The translations under genes and the position numbers were made by a program. Under the pieces are notes generated by a model. The model was not told the DNA's origin and ran no database searches. It saw only the letters and a program-made list of their open reading frames with translations. From assembly GCA_951406725.2 (NCBI GenBank), contig OX597819.1, positions 83,452,001 to 83,516,000 on the forward strand: a stretch of 64,000 nt of DNA, in the 5' to 3' direction. This stretch comes from Octopus vulgaris. Taxonomy: Eukaryota. Of this stretch, positions 41,544 to 52,865 are shown piece after piece. Every line of letters begins with the position of its first letter. Position 1 is the stretch's first letter.

Positions 41544-44500
41544 TTTTTTTTTTTTTTTTTTATCTAGTTTCAGCTCACTAGCTGTGGCCATGCTGGGGCG
41601 CCGCCATTTGGTGTTACTACATGATTTTACTTCACGAATGCTTTTTAGCAATTGCCATTTGGTGCATGAGAGAGTTTGATGCAGCTGCCCTCATCTGCAC
41701 CTCCTGCCGTGAATTTGGTTCATCTGGGATACCTGACAAGAAGAGATCCAGTTTCATTTTAAAGACATCTGCATCCATACCATGCAAGTCTCTTAGGTTC
41801 TTCGGGAGGATATTGAAGAGCTGTGGGCCTCGGAAGCCCAGGCTATCACAGTATCTTGTCCTACATCTTGATGGCAAATTTGGAGTCCTTGGCACTATGC
41901 AGTGGCGCCCAGTTCTGGCATTTGTGTAACTCTCGATGCCAAAGTTTGGGACAAGTCCTTCTAGGATCTTCCAGATATATATTATGGCATATCTTTCTTG
42001 CCTACGCTCTAAGGAATAGAGTCTCAATCTCTTGAGTCTTTCCCAACAGCTTATATGCTGCACAGAGGCTATCTTCTTCATGTGGCTTCGTTGGATCGCC
42101 TCAAGTTCTGTGATTAACTTGACACTGGATGGTGACCATAGCTGAGAGCAATAGTCAAAGTGGCTTAGGACAAGTGTCCTCCAGAGGACCATCATGGTTT
42201 CCTGGTCTCTTGTTCTGAAGGTTCTAAGAATCCATCCAGTCAGCCACCTACATTTCATTGCCAATTTAGCAACATGCACATGAAAGGTTGCATCATCACT
42301 CATGTAAATACCCAGGTCTCGCACTGATTGTGCCTCTGGAATTGCAGTCCCTCCAGGTCCAGTGTATTCATTGGGTATTGCATTTAGTTTTGCGTGCTGA
42401 TAGCATAGAGCTTGAAACTTTTCAGCATTGAACTGCATGCTATTCTTTTCAGCCCACTTGTATATTTTGTCCAGCTCACATTGCAGGTGCTTAGTGTCTT
42501 CAGGGTTCTGTATTGCCTGTGAAACTTTTGTATCATCTGCATAACTTGTGATCATGGCTCTCTGCATGGCTGAGGGCATGTCTGAGAGGGCCATTATGAA
42601 CAGTAGTGGTCCCAAAACAGTGTCCTGCGGAACACCGCTCACTATTTGCGTGTTAGTGGAAGTGGCCCCATTGGCTGCTACCACTTGACTTCTATTCTTC
42701 AGAAAGTCATGAAGCTACTCTCCCAATTTTCCAACTATGCCAAGATCACACAGTTTGTGACATAGCATTCCATGATCGACTTTATCAAAGGCCTTTGCAA
42801 AGTCGAGATATATGACTTCCACATTTGAGTGGTTGAGCAGTCGTTTCAGCACCCAGTCATAGTGTTGTAGGAGCTGAGTTAAGCAGCTTCTTCCTGGTCA
42901 GAAACTATGTTGAGTGTCAGGCAGCAAGTCATTTTCTTCAAGGAAGGTGATTAGTTTCCTTCTGACTATTCGTTCCATGACCTTGCTGATGTGTGAGGTC
43001 AGAGAGATAGGTCTGTAGTTCTTGGCCTCTGCTCTGCTACCTCCTTTATGAATAGGGCATATTTTACCTTCCTTCAGTTTTCTTGGAAGTTTGCCAGTTG
43101 CAAGGAAGCTCTGAAAGAGGAACTGCAGTGGTCTTGCTAGGACTCTCTTACATACTTTTAGAAGGATTGCTGGGAATCCATCTGGGCCAGTAGCTGAGTT
43201 TGTTTTCATTTCATCAATAGCCTTTATTACATCGTCTTCCTTTATATTGATGTAATCAATCATTGCTGCCTCCGATTTTATATCTGCAGTGGTAAAGAAG
43301 TCAGTTGGATTGCTGACTTGAAAATGCCCTAGGGGTGGCGTGAAAATACTCTTGAATTGCTCATTTAGTATTTCACTTACCCTCATTGGATTTCCTGTGA
43401 GTGTGCCATCCTTTTCAAGGAGTGGCCCTATCCTACAGTGCACCGTAGCTGTTTCTTTGGCATACCTGTAGAAAGCTCTGGGGTTAGATTTTATGTTGTC
43501 TATAGCCCAGGCTTCTTTGTCTGCTCTTTCTTTTTCATGGGAGAGTTGCAGACATTTTTCAATTTCCAACAGTTTTATTTTCAGGCGGGACTTTTCACTG
43601 CTTTCAATTTGTTTGTTTAGGCGATTTGAAACTTTTGTATGCCGTCTCATTAGAATTTTCCTCTCTCTGGGGATTTTGCTCTTGTGTACAGTGGCCTTTC
43701 TCTCTGGAACACATTTGTAGCATATGGCTTGCATTACAGACATGAATTGTTGAAGTTTCATGTCGATGTCTGGTGAGGATAGACATTCAGGCCAGTTTTG
43801 TTTGAGGATCTCTTTCTCAATTTGTTTCCAGTTTGCTTTATGGAAGTTCAAGCTGGAAAGATTCAGAGTGTTTCTTGTAGACTGCATGTCCATGCTTTCC
43901 TTTGACCAGTACATGGTCAGCTCTACCATGTTGTGATCCGAGAGTAGTGTCGGTGTCACTTTCACATTATGGATAAGATCCATATTAGTTGTGAAGCTGA
44001 GATCCAGTATGTTACCTGCCCTGGTTGGTTGGAGTATTACTTGCTCCATGTACAGAGTGTTGATGAGGTTCAGGAGGGACCTCGCCTGTCCTCGTTCACA
44101 TCGTGTCATTCCTGGGAGAGAAAGGCCCTCGGGCCATCTGACATTGGGTAGATTGAAGTCTCTCATAAGAGGTATACTTATGTGTTGTTCTAATGTGACT
44201 AGAACTTCTATTTTTATAAGGCAGTCTTCAAACTTGCCTACATGGCTTGGGGCATCTGGAGGGTGATATGTAGCACATATAACTACACCAAGTTGCCTTA
44301 TATGTACAATTAGTGTGTCACACACCAAATTTGAGTATGACAAAAGGACCTGGGGTGTGAGGTCCTCACGGATGTACATAGCAACTCCTCCATGACTCCT
44401 TTCTTTTCTGTCGGTCCATAGTACAACATACTGTGGTATGTGTATTTCCGCATCTGCTATGTCCGGTTTCAGGTGTGTTTCCGTAAGTGCTATGCATAGG

Positions 44501-44700
44501 GCTTGATTGCATGCAACAAAGTCTCTCAAGAACAGGATTTTTGTCCTGTTACTGAGTGTTTGCAGTCCTCTGATGTTCAGTAGGAGCATCAAGTTGAGGT
44601 GTATGCTGTTGCCGGCAGTGTCCACCTTGGGTCTATTTGCTGTGGTGGCCTTGTGTATTGTGGATAGTCCCATCTGCGAGTTTGAGTTTGATGGAGCCAT
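41544..44700 (-). mobile_element. CR1/L2-group LINE, near-complete ORF2 (APE endonuclease + reverse transcriptase) with short 3' UTR and poly(A), embedded in (TA)n
   Basis: ORFs 42898-44700 and 41632-42684 are in the same frame (about 1020 codons), split by TGA at 42898 and TAG at 42715. Motifs: LNIRGL, LTETHL, SDHN, GPDG, NYRPISLTS, GVPQDTVLGPLLF, YADDTK, RDLGI. A-tail appears as the T-run at 41544-41561. No ORF1 is seen. Confidence 0.95.
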
Positions 44701-44743
44701 ATATATATATATATATATACATGTATGTATGTATGTATATTAA

Positions 44744-44795
<52 letters not shown>

Positions 44796-44975
44796 ATGTA
44801 TGTATATTAAATATGTATAATTTGATTAGAGGTTATGTTAGCCTCATGAAGGGATGGTCTCATCCAAGGAAATACTAGTTCAATACCTAATATTTGGGGG
44901 GGGGGGGATATTTCCTTAAAATAATAGGTATATATATATATTTATATAAACCGTGTAGTTTATATTCATATAAAA

Positions 44976-45304
44976 GAAGAAAAAGAAAATGGAGACAGTG
45001 AAGTCAATAAATATTTATTATCAACAACGAATCAATCATTATCCCTTACAGCTGTTTCAATTAATACTCAGTGAATTAAATTCATATGTGTGTTTATGGA
45101 TTCATTATATCAGACTGAATAATGAATTCAGTCAAAACATCTTAGGGTGTATTTTTTCCCCTTCTGAAGATATTATGCTCAGGGCATAGGAACTTAATAT
45201 TTAATTCATTGAGTATTAATTGAAACAGCTGTAAGGGATAGTGATTGATTTGTTATTGATAATAAACATTTATTAACTTCACTGTCTCCATTTTTGTTTT
45301 CTTC
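44976..45304. repeat. Fold-back element with about 106-bp inverted arms (probable Penelope-like pseudo-LTR, tail-to-tail)
   Basis: Arms 44976-45081 and 45199-45304 are reverse complements with scattered mismatches, flanked by TA-rich tracts. Confidence 0.8.
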
Positions 45305-45305
45305 C

Positions 45306-45352
<47 letters not shown>

Positions 45353-45772
45353 TGTATTTGCATGTATATAAATTGCATTTATTTCATGTGTGCATGTGTA
45401 TGGTGTATGTAATTTTCATATCTATATGAATGGTTGTCAACCAAGTTGCAAGTCAGTTTATCAGTTTGATATTGACCTATTTTTTGTTTCAGTAGTCTTT
45501 ATGCAGGATGTAACTATACGAAGTGTCCTGATTTTGCACGCATTGCATTTGTGTGTGTAGGTATAGTTTCTTCTGGATTGTCTGAGGTACCCAGATAAGA
45601 CTGGCTTGTAACCATATAGTGTCTAATATTTTACTTGCATTGCTGTCTCTTTGTGTTACTCAATTGTATTTATTACCTGTTTGTAATCTATGTATATTTG
45701 TGAGTCATATACTGATGTTGAGAAGGGATATTGTCTGTTACGCCCTCTCTCACTCTCTCACACACACACATA

Positions 45773-45810
<38 letters not shown>

Positions 45811-45813
<3 letters not shown>

Positions 45814-46263
45814 TCATCATCATCATCGTTTAGCATCCGTTTTCCATGCTAGCATGGGTTGGACGGTTCTACTGGGGGTCAAATCTGGCAGTGTTTCTAC
45901 GGCTGGATGCCCTTCCTAACGCCAACCACTCCGAGAGTGTAGTGGGTGCTTTTTATGTGCCACCCGCACAGGTGCCAGACAGAGCTGGCAAACGGCCATG
46001 AACAGATGGTGCTTTTTATGTGCCACCGGCACAAGGGCCAGGCGAGGCTGGTAACGGACACAAAATGGGGCGGTGCTGGCAACGGTCGCGAAACGGAAGG
46101 TTCTCTTACATGCCACCGGCACTGGTAACACATCTGCAATTTCCATTGATCGATTTCGATTCTGATCCTCACTTGCCTCAACGGGTCTTCACAAGTAGAG
46201 TTTCGACATGCCACCGGCACTGGTAACACATCTGCAATTCCATTGATCGATTTCGATTCTGAT
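45811..46263 (-). mobile_element. RTE-tailed non-autonomous retroposon (family D) with internal GTGCCACCGGCAC repeats
   Basis: (CAT)n-cgttta..tccg.tttccatgctagcatgggttggac...ggatgcccttcctaacgccaaccactccgagagtgtagtgggtgc. Other copies at 3708-3910, 30137-30730, 33215-33590, 38100-38400, 28574-28760 and 1210-1520. Confidence 0.85.
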
Positions 46264-48611
46264 ATATATATATGTATATATATTCACATCATATAAATTT
46301 TTCATATTTCATATCTAACAATGCCTCAAAGAAATTTTCTCAATGCTCATTCAAATTGTTCTTCATTTTTCTGAGTGGACCATTCATATTCTTGCTGCTG
46401 TTGTTCATTTTCAAGGTTTTCACTTAATACAGACTGATATAATGATCAAAGGTCATGGACTATCCTGGTTTTCATTTTAGCCTAACCATCATCATCATTA
46501 TCTAACATCTGGCTTTCCTGGGCTGCAGTTTCACAGGCTAATGATCGGACAAGCGCATGATGCACCAATGTCTTCTGCATAGTTTCTGTGGCTGGATACC
46601 CTTTTTAATGTCAACCACTTTACAAAGTGGTTACCTTTTTTTTGTGGCACTAGCAAATTGAATAAGCAAATCCTAGATATACCAGAACCAAGTGTATCTG
46701 CGATTTCTTTATCCATTGTTGCATTCTTCTTTCTCAGATGGTATGATGGGATTTATAAGATATTTTACTACTACTACTAGCTGGCTGAGTAACCACACAT
46801 TAACTCTTATTGGTTCACAGTACTTTTATGTTGTTAAGTATGTGAAAAGAATTCTAAAGTGTATCCCTCAAAATGGAGTAGCAGTATCTTTAAGAAATTC
46901 TCACAAAATGTCAATAGATTTAATCCTCAAGAAGAACCCAGATTTCTTTGTTGATTTTAAGTGCCATATTCACCTCTTCCTGCAGGCATATGGACAGAGA
47001 TACTTCTCATGGGAGTACAATGTCAGGACATTGTATGATGTCATTTGATGTTACTGGCGAATAAAGAAAGGCTGGTAGATTTGGTAGTGCTAGTTATATT
47101 TTTTGTTTAGAAACTTTCTAAATATTTGATGTCATGCTGGAGTAGTTGCGCATCTATGTCTGGAAAATAATGGAACGGTGTGATTATAATGCCATCTGTG
47201 GGTGAGGCGGTATGTATGTTTTGTCAGGATATGACAGGACAGGCTATACAGGTTCAAGTGAAGACAAGGAAATAAGAGGGCAGGCACTTCTGATACACCA
47301 TTTGAAAAACTGCAGATTCTAGAATGTACATTACATAATTTTGGTGACCCGGAAGGCCGTTAGCCAGGTAGCATTTTGTGTTGCTTCTTAGGTTGTATTT
47401 AGTATTTTATAAGTAGGTATCAAAGAATAAAGTCAAAACTTTATTGAAATAAATGGTAGATAGAACAGTTTGTATCATCCGGTGTTCTGTGTGTAAAGTT
47501 CATAAGTAGTGTGGTGGTTGAGTGTAGTGACCATCCACTATAGTACTAAGCTGATTTATGACTGCTTTATATAGCAGCTGATGTGAAGACTTTTTCTGAT
47601 CTTTTCTGAGGATTAGTTAACTAATTGTGAAACAGCCTGTCAGTAAATTCCCTCTCTCTTTTTTTGCTATACATCTGTAGCATAGAATGAATGTGTTTGC
47701 ATTCACAGTAAGCTGATAATGTGGCTTTATAATGTTTAAATTCATTTCAGAATGTGTACAAAGAAATCTGGATTCTTCAGCATCAAACCTCTTGACATTT
47801 TATCAAAATTTCTTGAAGATATTGGCACTCTGTTTTGAGGAGTATGCTTTAGAATTCCTTTAGAATGAGATGTCTAGTAAATTACATCAAGAACAAAAAT
47901 TAAATTTTAGTCAAAATATCTAGGTCTGACAACAACTGTCAGCTTTGAGAAAATTGTGTGTAAGATGTAACTGATATCATCAATAACTGTCTGAAAATGT
48001 CATAACATTGTACTCCCATGTGATGTATCTCTATTCATATGACTGTAAGCACTTAAAATTAACAAATGCATTCATATATTTTAAAATGTTGCCATGACTT
48101 AATGGCAATGAACTAACTCTACCACAATGCTGGAACCTCTAAAAGGTCATTTGACCTATATGTTTTTTTTTTTCTTTTACCTGTTTCATTCTTTGTACTG
48201 TGACCACACTGGGGCATTGCCTTGAAGGGTTAGCTGAACAAACTCCCACCATTACCACTATACTTAACATACATATGATTGTATGAAATATATGAGTGCA
48301 TTTTGTTGATCTCAAGTGCTGCATTTAACTTCTTCTATGAGCATACATCTCATTCAGCAACAACAAAAACCACCATCTGGTACCTACTTACAGTTAGGTG
48401 GATTGGGTTGTTAAGTTCTAAGTGTCTTGGCCATGAGTGTAGCACAGCACAGTGATAAAGTACAAATCATTGATCATTCAGTTGCTTACTTGCTGCCTTT
48501 TAGACATGCCATTCTGCAGCTCATTCCATAGTTGCAAGTTCCTTGTGTTGTAATGATTATGCTATGTATGTCTTGTAAGAAAGGGATGTGTGTGTATTCA
48601 CATGCACGCGC

Positions 48612-48642
<31 letters not shown>

Positions 48643-48731
48643 GTATTATGGATATGTATGTAAATATGTATATATATATATTTGTATGTATGTGTATATC
48701 TATATGTCTATATGTATGTATGTATATATAT

Positions 48732-48781
<50 letters not shown>

Positions 48782-48809
48782 GGAGTTAAACGCAGGGAAA
48801 AATACACAC

Positions 48810-48868
<59 letters not shown>

Positions 48869-49369
48869 TTTGGAAGATGACAGGTGAGTGAAAAAATATT
48901 AGTCATGTTGAAAGATTCAATGGAAAAAGAAGACCCTGGTAAACACAAGCAGAGGTAGTGATGGCTGAACTCATGAAGGTGAACCTCATACAAGGATGGC
49001 TGGAATGCAACAAGCAGTGGGATACTGTGTTGGAGGGGACTCTTCAAACCCATGATAGCATGGAAATATCAGATGTAAAAAATGATGATGATAATGAGGC
49101 TTATATGAATAATTTCCTGTTTTAGTCATAACTTCTAATTAATGTTGCATCTCGAAACTTAAAATTTTTTACTTATTATTTTTTTTCATTTTTCTGTTAC
49201 TAGTCTTTGCTACATTTAGATCTTTTTTTGTTTTATGTTTGCTTTTTAGATGTACGGAGAAGGTCAATACATTCAGCTCTTTCTTCACTGCACAACAACA
49301 AGCAGCCAGTAAAGCACGTGATTAAATTCTTTTATTTCTGTGGGCCAGCTTTTCCAAGTCTGCATCAAC

Positions 49370-49495
49370 ATGGAGAGTGAATTAACCAAGCGAGACCATG
49401 TAGGGTTGCAGGACTTTGTCCTTCTGGAAAATTTTACTGATCCTGATGCTTTTAAGCTCAACCTCAAGAAAAGGTTTAAAGAAAACCTTATCTAT
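49370..49495 (+). CDS. MYO1C: Unconventional myosin I (MYO1C/H-like), first coding exon
   Basis: Translates [42 protein letters not shown], closely matching the vertebrate MYO1C N-terminus ([23 protein letters not shown]...NLIY). It is 126 nt with a phase-0 donor TAT|gtaagt. A likely acceptor (polypyrimidine tract + ag) lies at 49248-49249. Confidence 0.93.
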
Positions 49496-50036
49496 GTAAG
49501 TATAATTGTTTTAGTCAATTCCGGATATGTTTCAAATGATCTTTTATTGTTTGTTTTATTTTAAACTGTTAAAATGTTTTCTATTCCATTCCGATACAGT
49601 GTAATCTGCTGCTTAAAAAGAATGTTAATGTTTAGTTTCAGCAAGTTGTTAATGTTTACTTTCACACTGCAAATCATAGCTCTCTCATCAACAAATGTAT
49701 TAATGAAGCAGAAAGGCTGAGAAATAAGCCAACAAATGATTCATTGAAAGTAAAGGAGATGAATCTGAACCTAAGATCTTCCAGTACTAAATTAACTTCT
49801 CCAAAAAGAAAGCTGGTTCTATAAATATTTCCATTCTCCAAATGCCTTGCAGTGCACACAACCTTGGCATAACTTCTTTTATTGTTAGTTTATGTTGAAT
49901 TGTAATTTACAAGTAGCGAGTTCAATTAGTTGTTGGCCCAATACCTAAATATCCTTTTCTTGCCAGTAAAGAAAACACTCATCAATTTTAATCTGGTACT
50001 ACTGATTAAAATAGTAAACTATAGTACATTATAATA

Positions 50037-50267
50037 AGGCGGCAAGCTGGTAGAAACGTTAGCACACTGGGCGAAATGCGTAGCCATATTTCGTCTCGCA
50101 TTACGTTCTGAGTTCAAACTCCGCCAAGGTCGACTTTACCTTTCATCCTTTCGGGTCGATAAATTAAGCACCAGTTACGCACTGGGGTCGATATAACCGA
50201 CTTAATCCATTTGTCTGTCCTTGTTTGTCCTCTCTATGTTTAGCCCCTTGTGGGTAGTAAAGAAATA
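50037..50267 (+). mobile_element. tRNA-derived SINE family B (Meta-domain-like core), young copy
   Basis: aggcggcaagctggtagaa...gagttcaaactcc...ctttcatcctttcgggtcgataaattaagcaccag...agccccttgtgggtagtaaagaaata. TSD tacattataata at 50025-50036 and 50270-50281. Confidence 0.88.
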
Positions 50268-51539
50268 ACTACATTATAATACATACTTTCAGCAAGATGG
50301 ACTTGACTACTAAGAAATAAGTAATGAGCATAACAATATGTGCCCATGACAATATATGAATTGCCAATATCATAAATAGGTTTCAGTAATGGGCAAGGTG
50401 TACTGTACCAAATAGGCCCGCAATACTACATTTATATCTTTTTTCTTTTACTTGTTACAGTCGTTGGACTATGGCCATGCTAGGGCACTGCTTTGAAGGG
50501 TTTAGTTGAACAAATTTCTTATTTTTTAAGTCTGGTACTTATTCTATCAGTTTCTTTTTTTAAACTATCAAGTTACAGGGATGTTAACAAACCAATGCCG
50601 ATTTGTGGTGAGTGAGGAAAGACATACACTCACATGGACTTCCATACTGTTTCTGCCTACCAAATTCACTCACAAGGCCTTGATGACCTGAGATTATAGT
50701 ACATGACATTTTCCCACACAGTGGGACTGAACCCACAACCATCTCTTCGTTCTGTTTGAATAGATCTGTGTTTATATAGATCATATACATGTTATTCATA
50801 TTTCACAATATTATAATTTGTGAATATGTTTTAGAATTTTACATTCTAACAATTTTAGTAGCTTCTTTTTATAAATTTTTGTGGGTATTTTTCAGCCATT
50901 AATTTCAGTTTATTGGAAAGTTTATGAGAAATGGTAAAATACATTAAATTTTTATGCTTCATATTTGATAAATTGTATGTTTATATTCTATGATTTAAAT
51001 GTGCAACTAAAATATATGATTTGTTTTCTAATAGTATGAATACAGTATGTATATACTATGAACAGTATGGATATAGCATGAAGAGGAGCATTCAAAATGC
51101 TATGGGGATAGTAATACATGAGTACTGCTACTCTTAGGAATCACCCACCTCATTTTACTGCTACTACTACTACTACTACTACTGCTACTACTGTGAAAAT
51201 CAGATCTAGTATTCACTTTAAATAAGAACTGAATCTGTGAAAAAAAGTTGATAAATTTTATAATAATAAATAATAATAATAATAATAATAATAGTTCATT
51301 CTTTTATCAGCCTCAAGGACTAATATAAATCAAAACATTAAAGGACAACACTTGACAATATACAAAGGGTTTTGCAAAAAAAAAAACAAAAAAAAAACAC
51401 TTGTGTAAACATTTGATAACAATAAAACAATGTAACAAAACTCTCAATAGGGGGAAGTGCTTTAAAGGTTACTCTTGGAAAAACCCATAAAAGCCACAGG
51501 TGCCTGATCAACAAACTGATTGGAAGCATTATCATGTAC

Positions 51540-52005
51540 ATGTTTCGTCTTTGTATAAAAGATGGGCTACAGCAAATATTCTGCTAAATACCACAGATTT
51601 GCTTGTCAGTTGCTTGACCTTAACCAGCTGAGCATGTCTCTTAGTTGCTGACGATATGTGCATCTCTGATCACAAGCAGAAGTGGTGGGGGAGCATCATA
51701 GCCATGTGTTGAGAGGAGTTCTTTGGAGTTTGAATAACTCACTTCTGGAAACATAGGTGTTTTGTTCATCATCCTCAAACAAACCTTACTCAGGGACCAT
51801 TTGAGTGGGATGGGCTACTCGACCTGAAGAAACTTTTAACTGGTCATGCACTGTTTAGCTTGATACAAAGTCATCATGTCATGCACATGTGGTTGTGATG
51901 CATGTGCATGGTGTACCCTTATCAGTTGTGTAGTCATGATGGGTATATTGGGTTTCAGTGTCACTTTGATGGCATGTGCTGCTCTCTCTCTCAATAATAA
52001 TTATA
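51540..52005 (+). mobile_element. Probable interspersed repeat (retroposon 3' end) with (AAT)n tail
   Basis: Higher-GC block ending gctgctctctctctcaataataat, directly abutting a Tx1-like UTR fragment. Single copy here, so the family is unassigned. Confidence 0.4.
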
Positions 52006-52749
52006 ATGAACTCATTGTATACAGTGCTCAGGTGCACTACAACTCATCAGAAAAAGTAACCAAACTTCATGAACAGTACATAGAATATGCACAGGAAGTT
52101 AAGAGTTAAGTAATTGATTTCTCTTTGTACTTTTAGTATAAATATGGAATAAATTCATTTTAGTTTCAGTACAAGGCCAGCAATTTTGGAAATGGTGTGT
52201 TAATTGATTACATCAATCCTAGTGTTTAACAGGTCCTTATTTTATTGATCCTGAAAGGATGAAAGTCAACTTTTGTGGGATTTAAAGTCACAGAATAAAG
52301 AGCCAGAAGAAATACCACTAAGCATTTCGTCCAACAGGCTAATGATTCTACTAGCTTGCTACCTCTGAATATGAAATGAATAAATAAACAAGGGCTTTCC
52401 CTGAGTTTATTCATACAATATTTCTAGAAAAATAATTATTCATACAGTATTTCTAGAAAAACAATTAATTAAATTCAACCTCTTTTCCAATATTATATCA
52501 AAATTCCATTTAATAGCAACAACTGTTGTCAAAGCAGTCTAGTAAATTTATGTTTCTTTCCAAAAAGAAAAAAAAAATGATCTGTTACTAGTTAGCTGAA
52601 AGATTTTTGTGCTTAGATTTTCGGTATTGGTGGTCCATTTACCTGGGAAGTAATTTTGTTTTTTAATTTACTGATTTAATCTTTTATAAAACTTCTCATA
52701 AAATCTCTGTAATGAACATGATGTAAAACTTTAACGTTTATTGTTGCAG

Positions 52750-52865
52750 ACTTATATTGGTCCTGTCCTAGTATCAGTGAATCCTTACTGTCAACTGGAT
52801 ATCTATAACAATGATATTATGCATAGTTACCGCAATATCAACTTTTATGAACTTCCTCCACACGT
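52750..52865 (+). CDS. MYO1C: Myosin I coding exon 2 (motor domain)
   Basis: Acceptor ttgttgcag|ACT, translates [38 protein letters not shown]+GT, donor gtaagt (phase 2). Not in the ORF track; read directly from the sequence. Confidence 0.95.

Noticed and set aside
45940-46130. Repeat-spacer-like pattern reminiscent of a CRISPR array (also 62395-62460)
   Set aside because: The context is eukaryotic, the repeats are degenerate with related spacers, no cas genes are present, and they are internal repeats of transposons.
1-49240. Additional host coding exons upstream of the myosin ATG
   Set aside because: None was recognisable on either strand. Short or non-coding exons cannot be excluded by eye.
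49340-49369. GTG-initiated N-terminal extension of myosin in the ORF track
   Set aside because: It is an artefact of allowing bacterial-type starts. Homology begins at ATG 49370, although a non-AUG extension cannot be strictly excluded.
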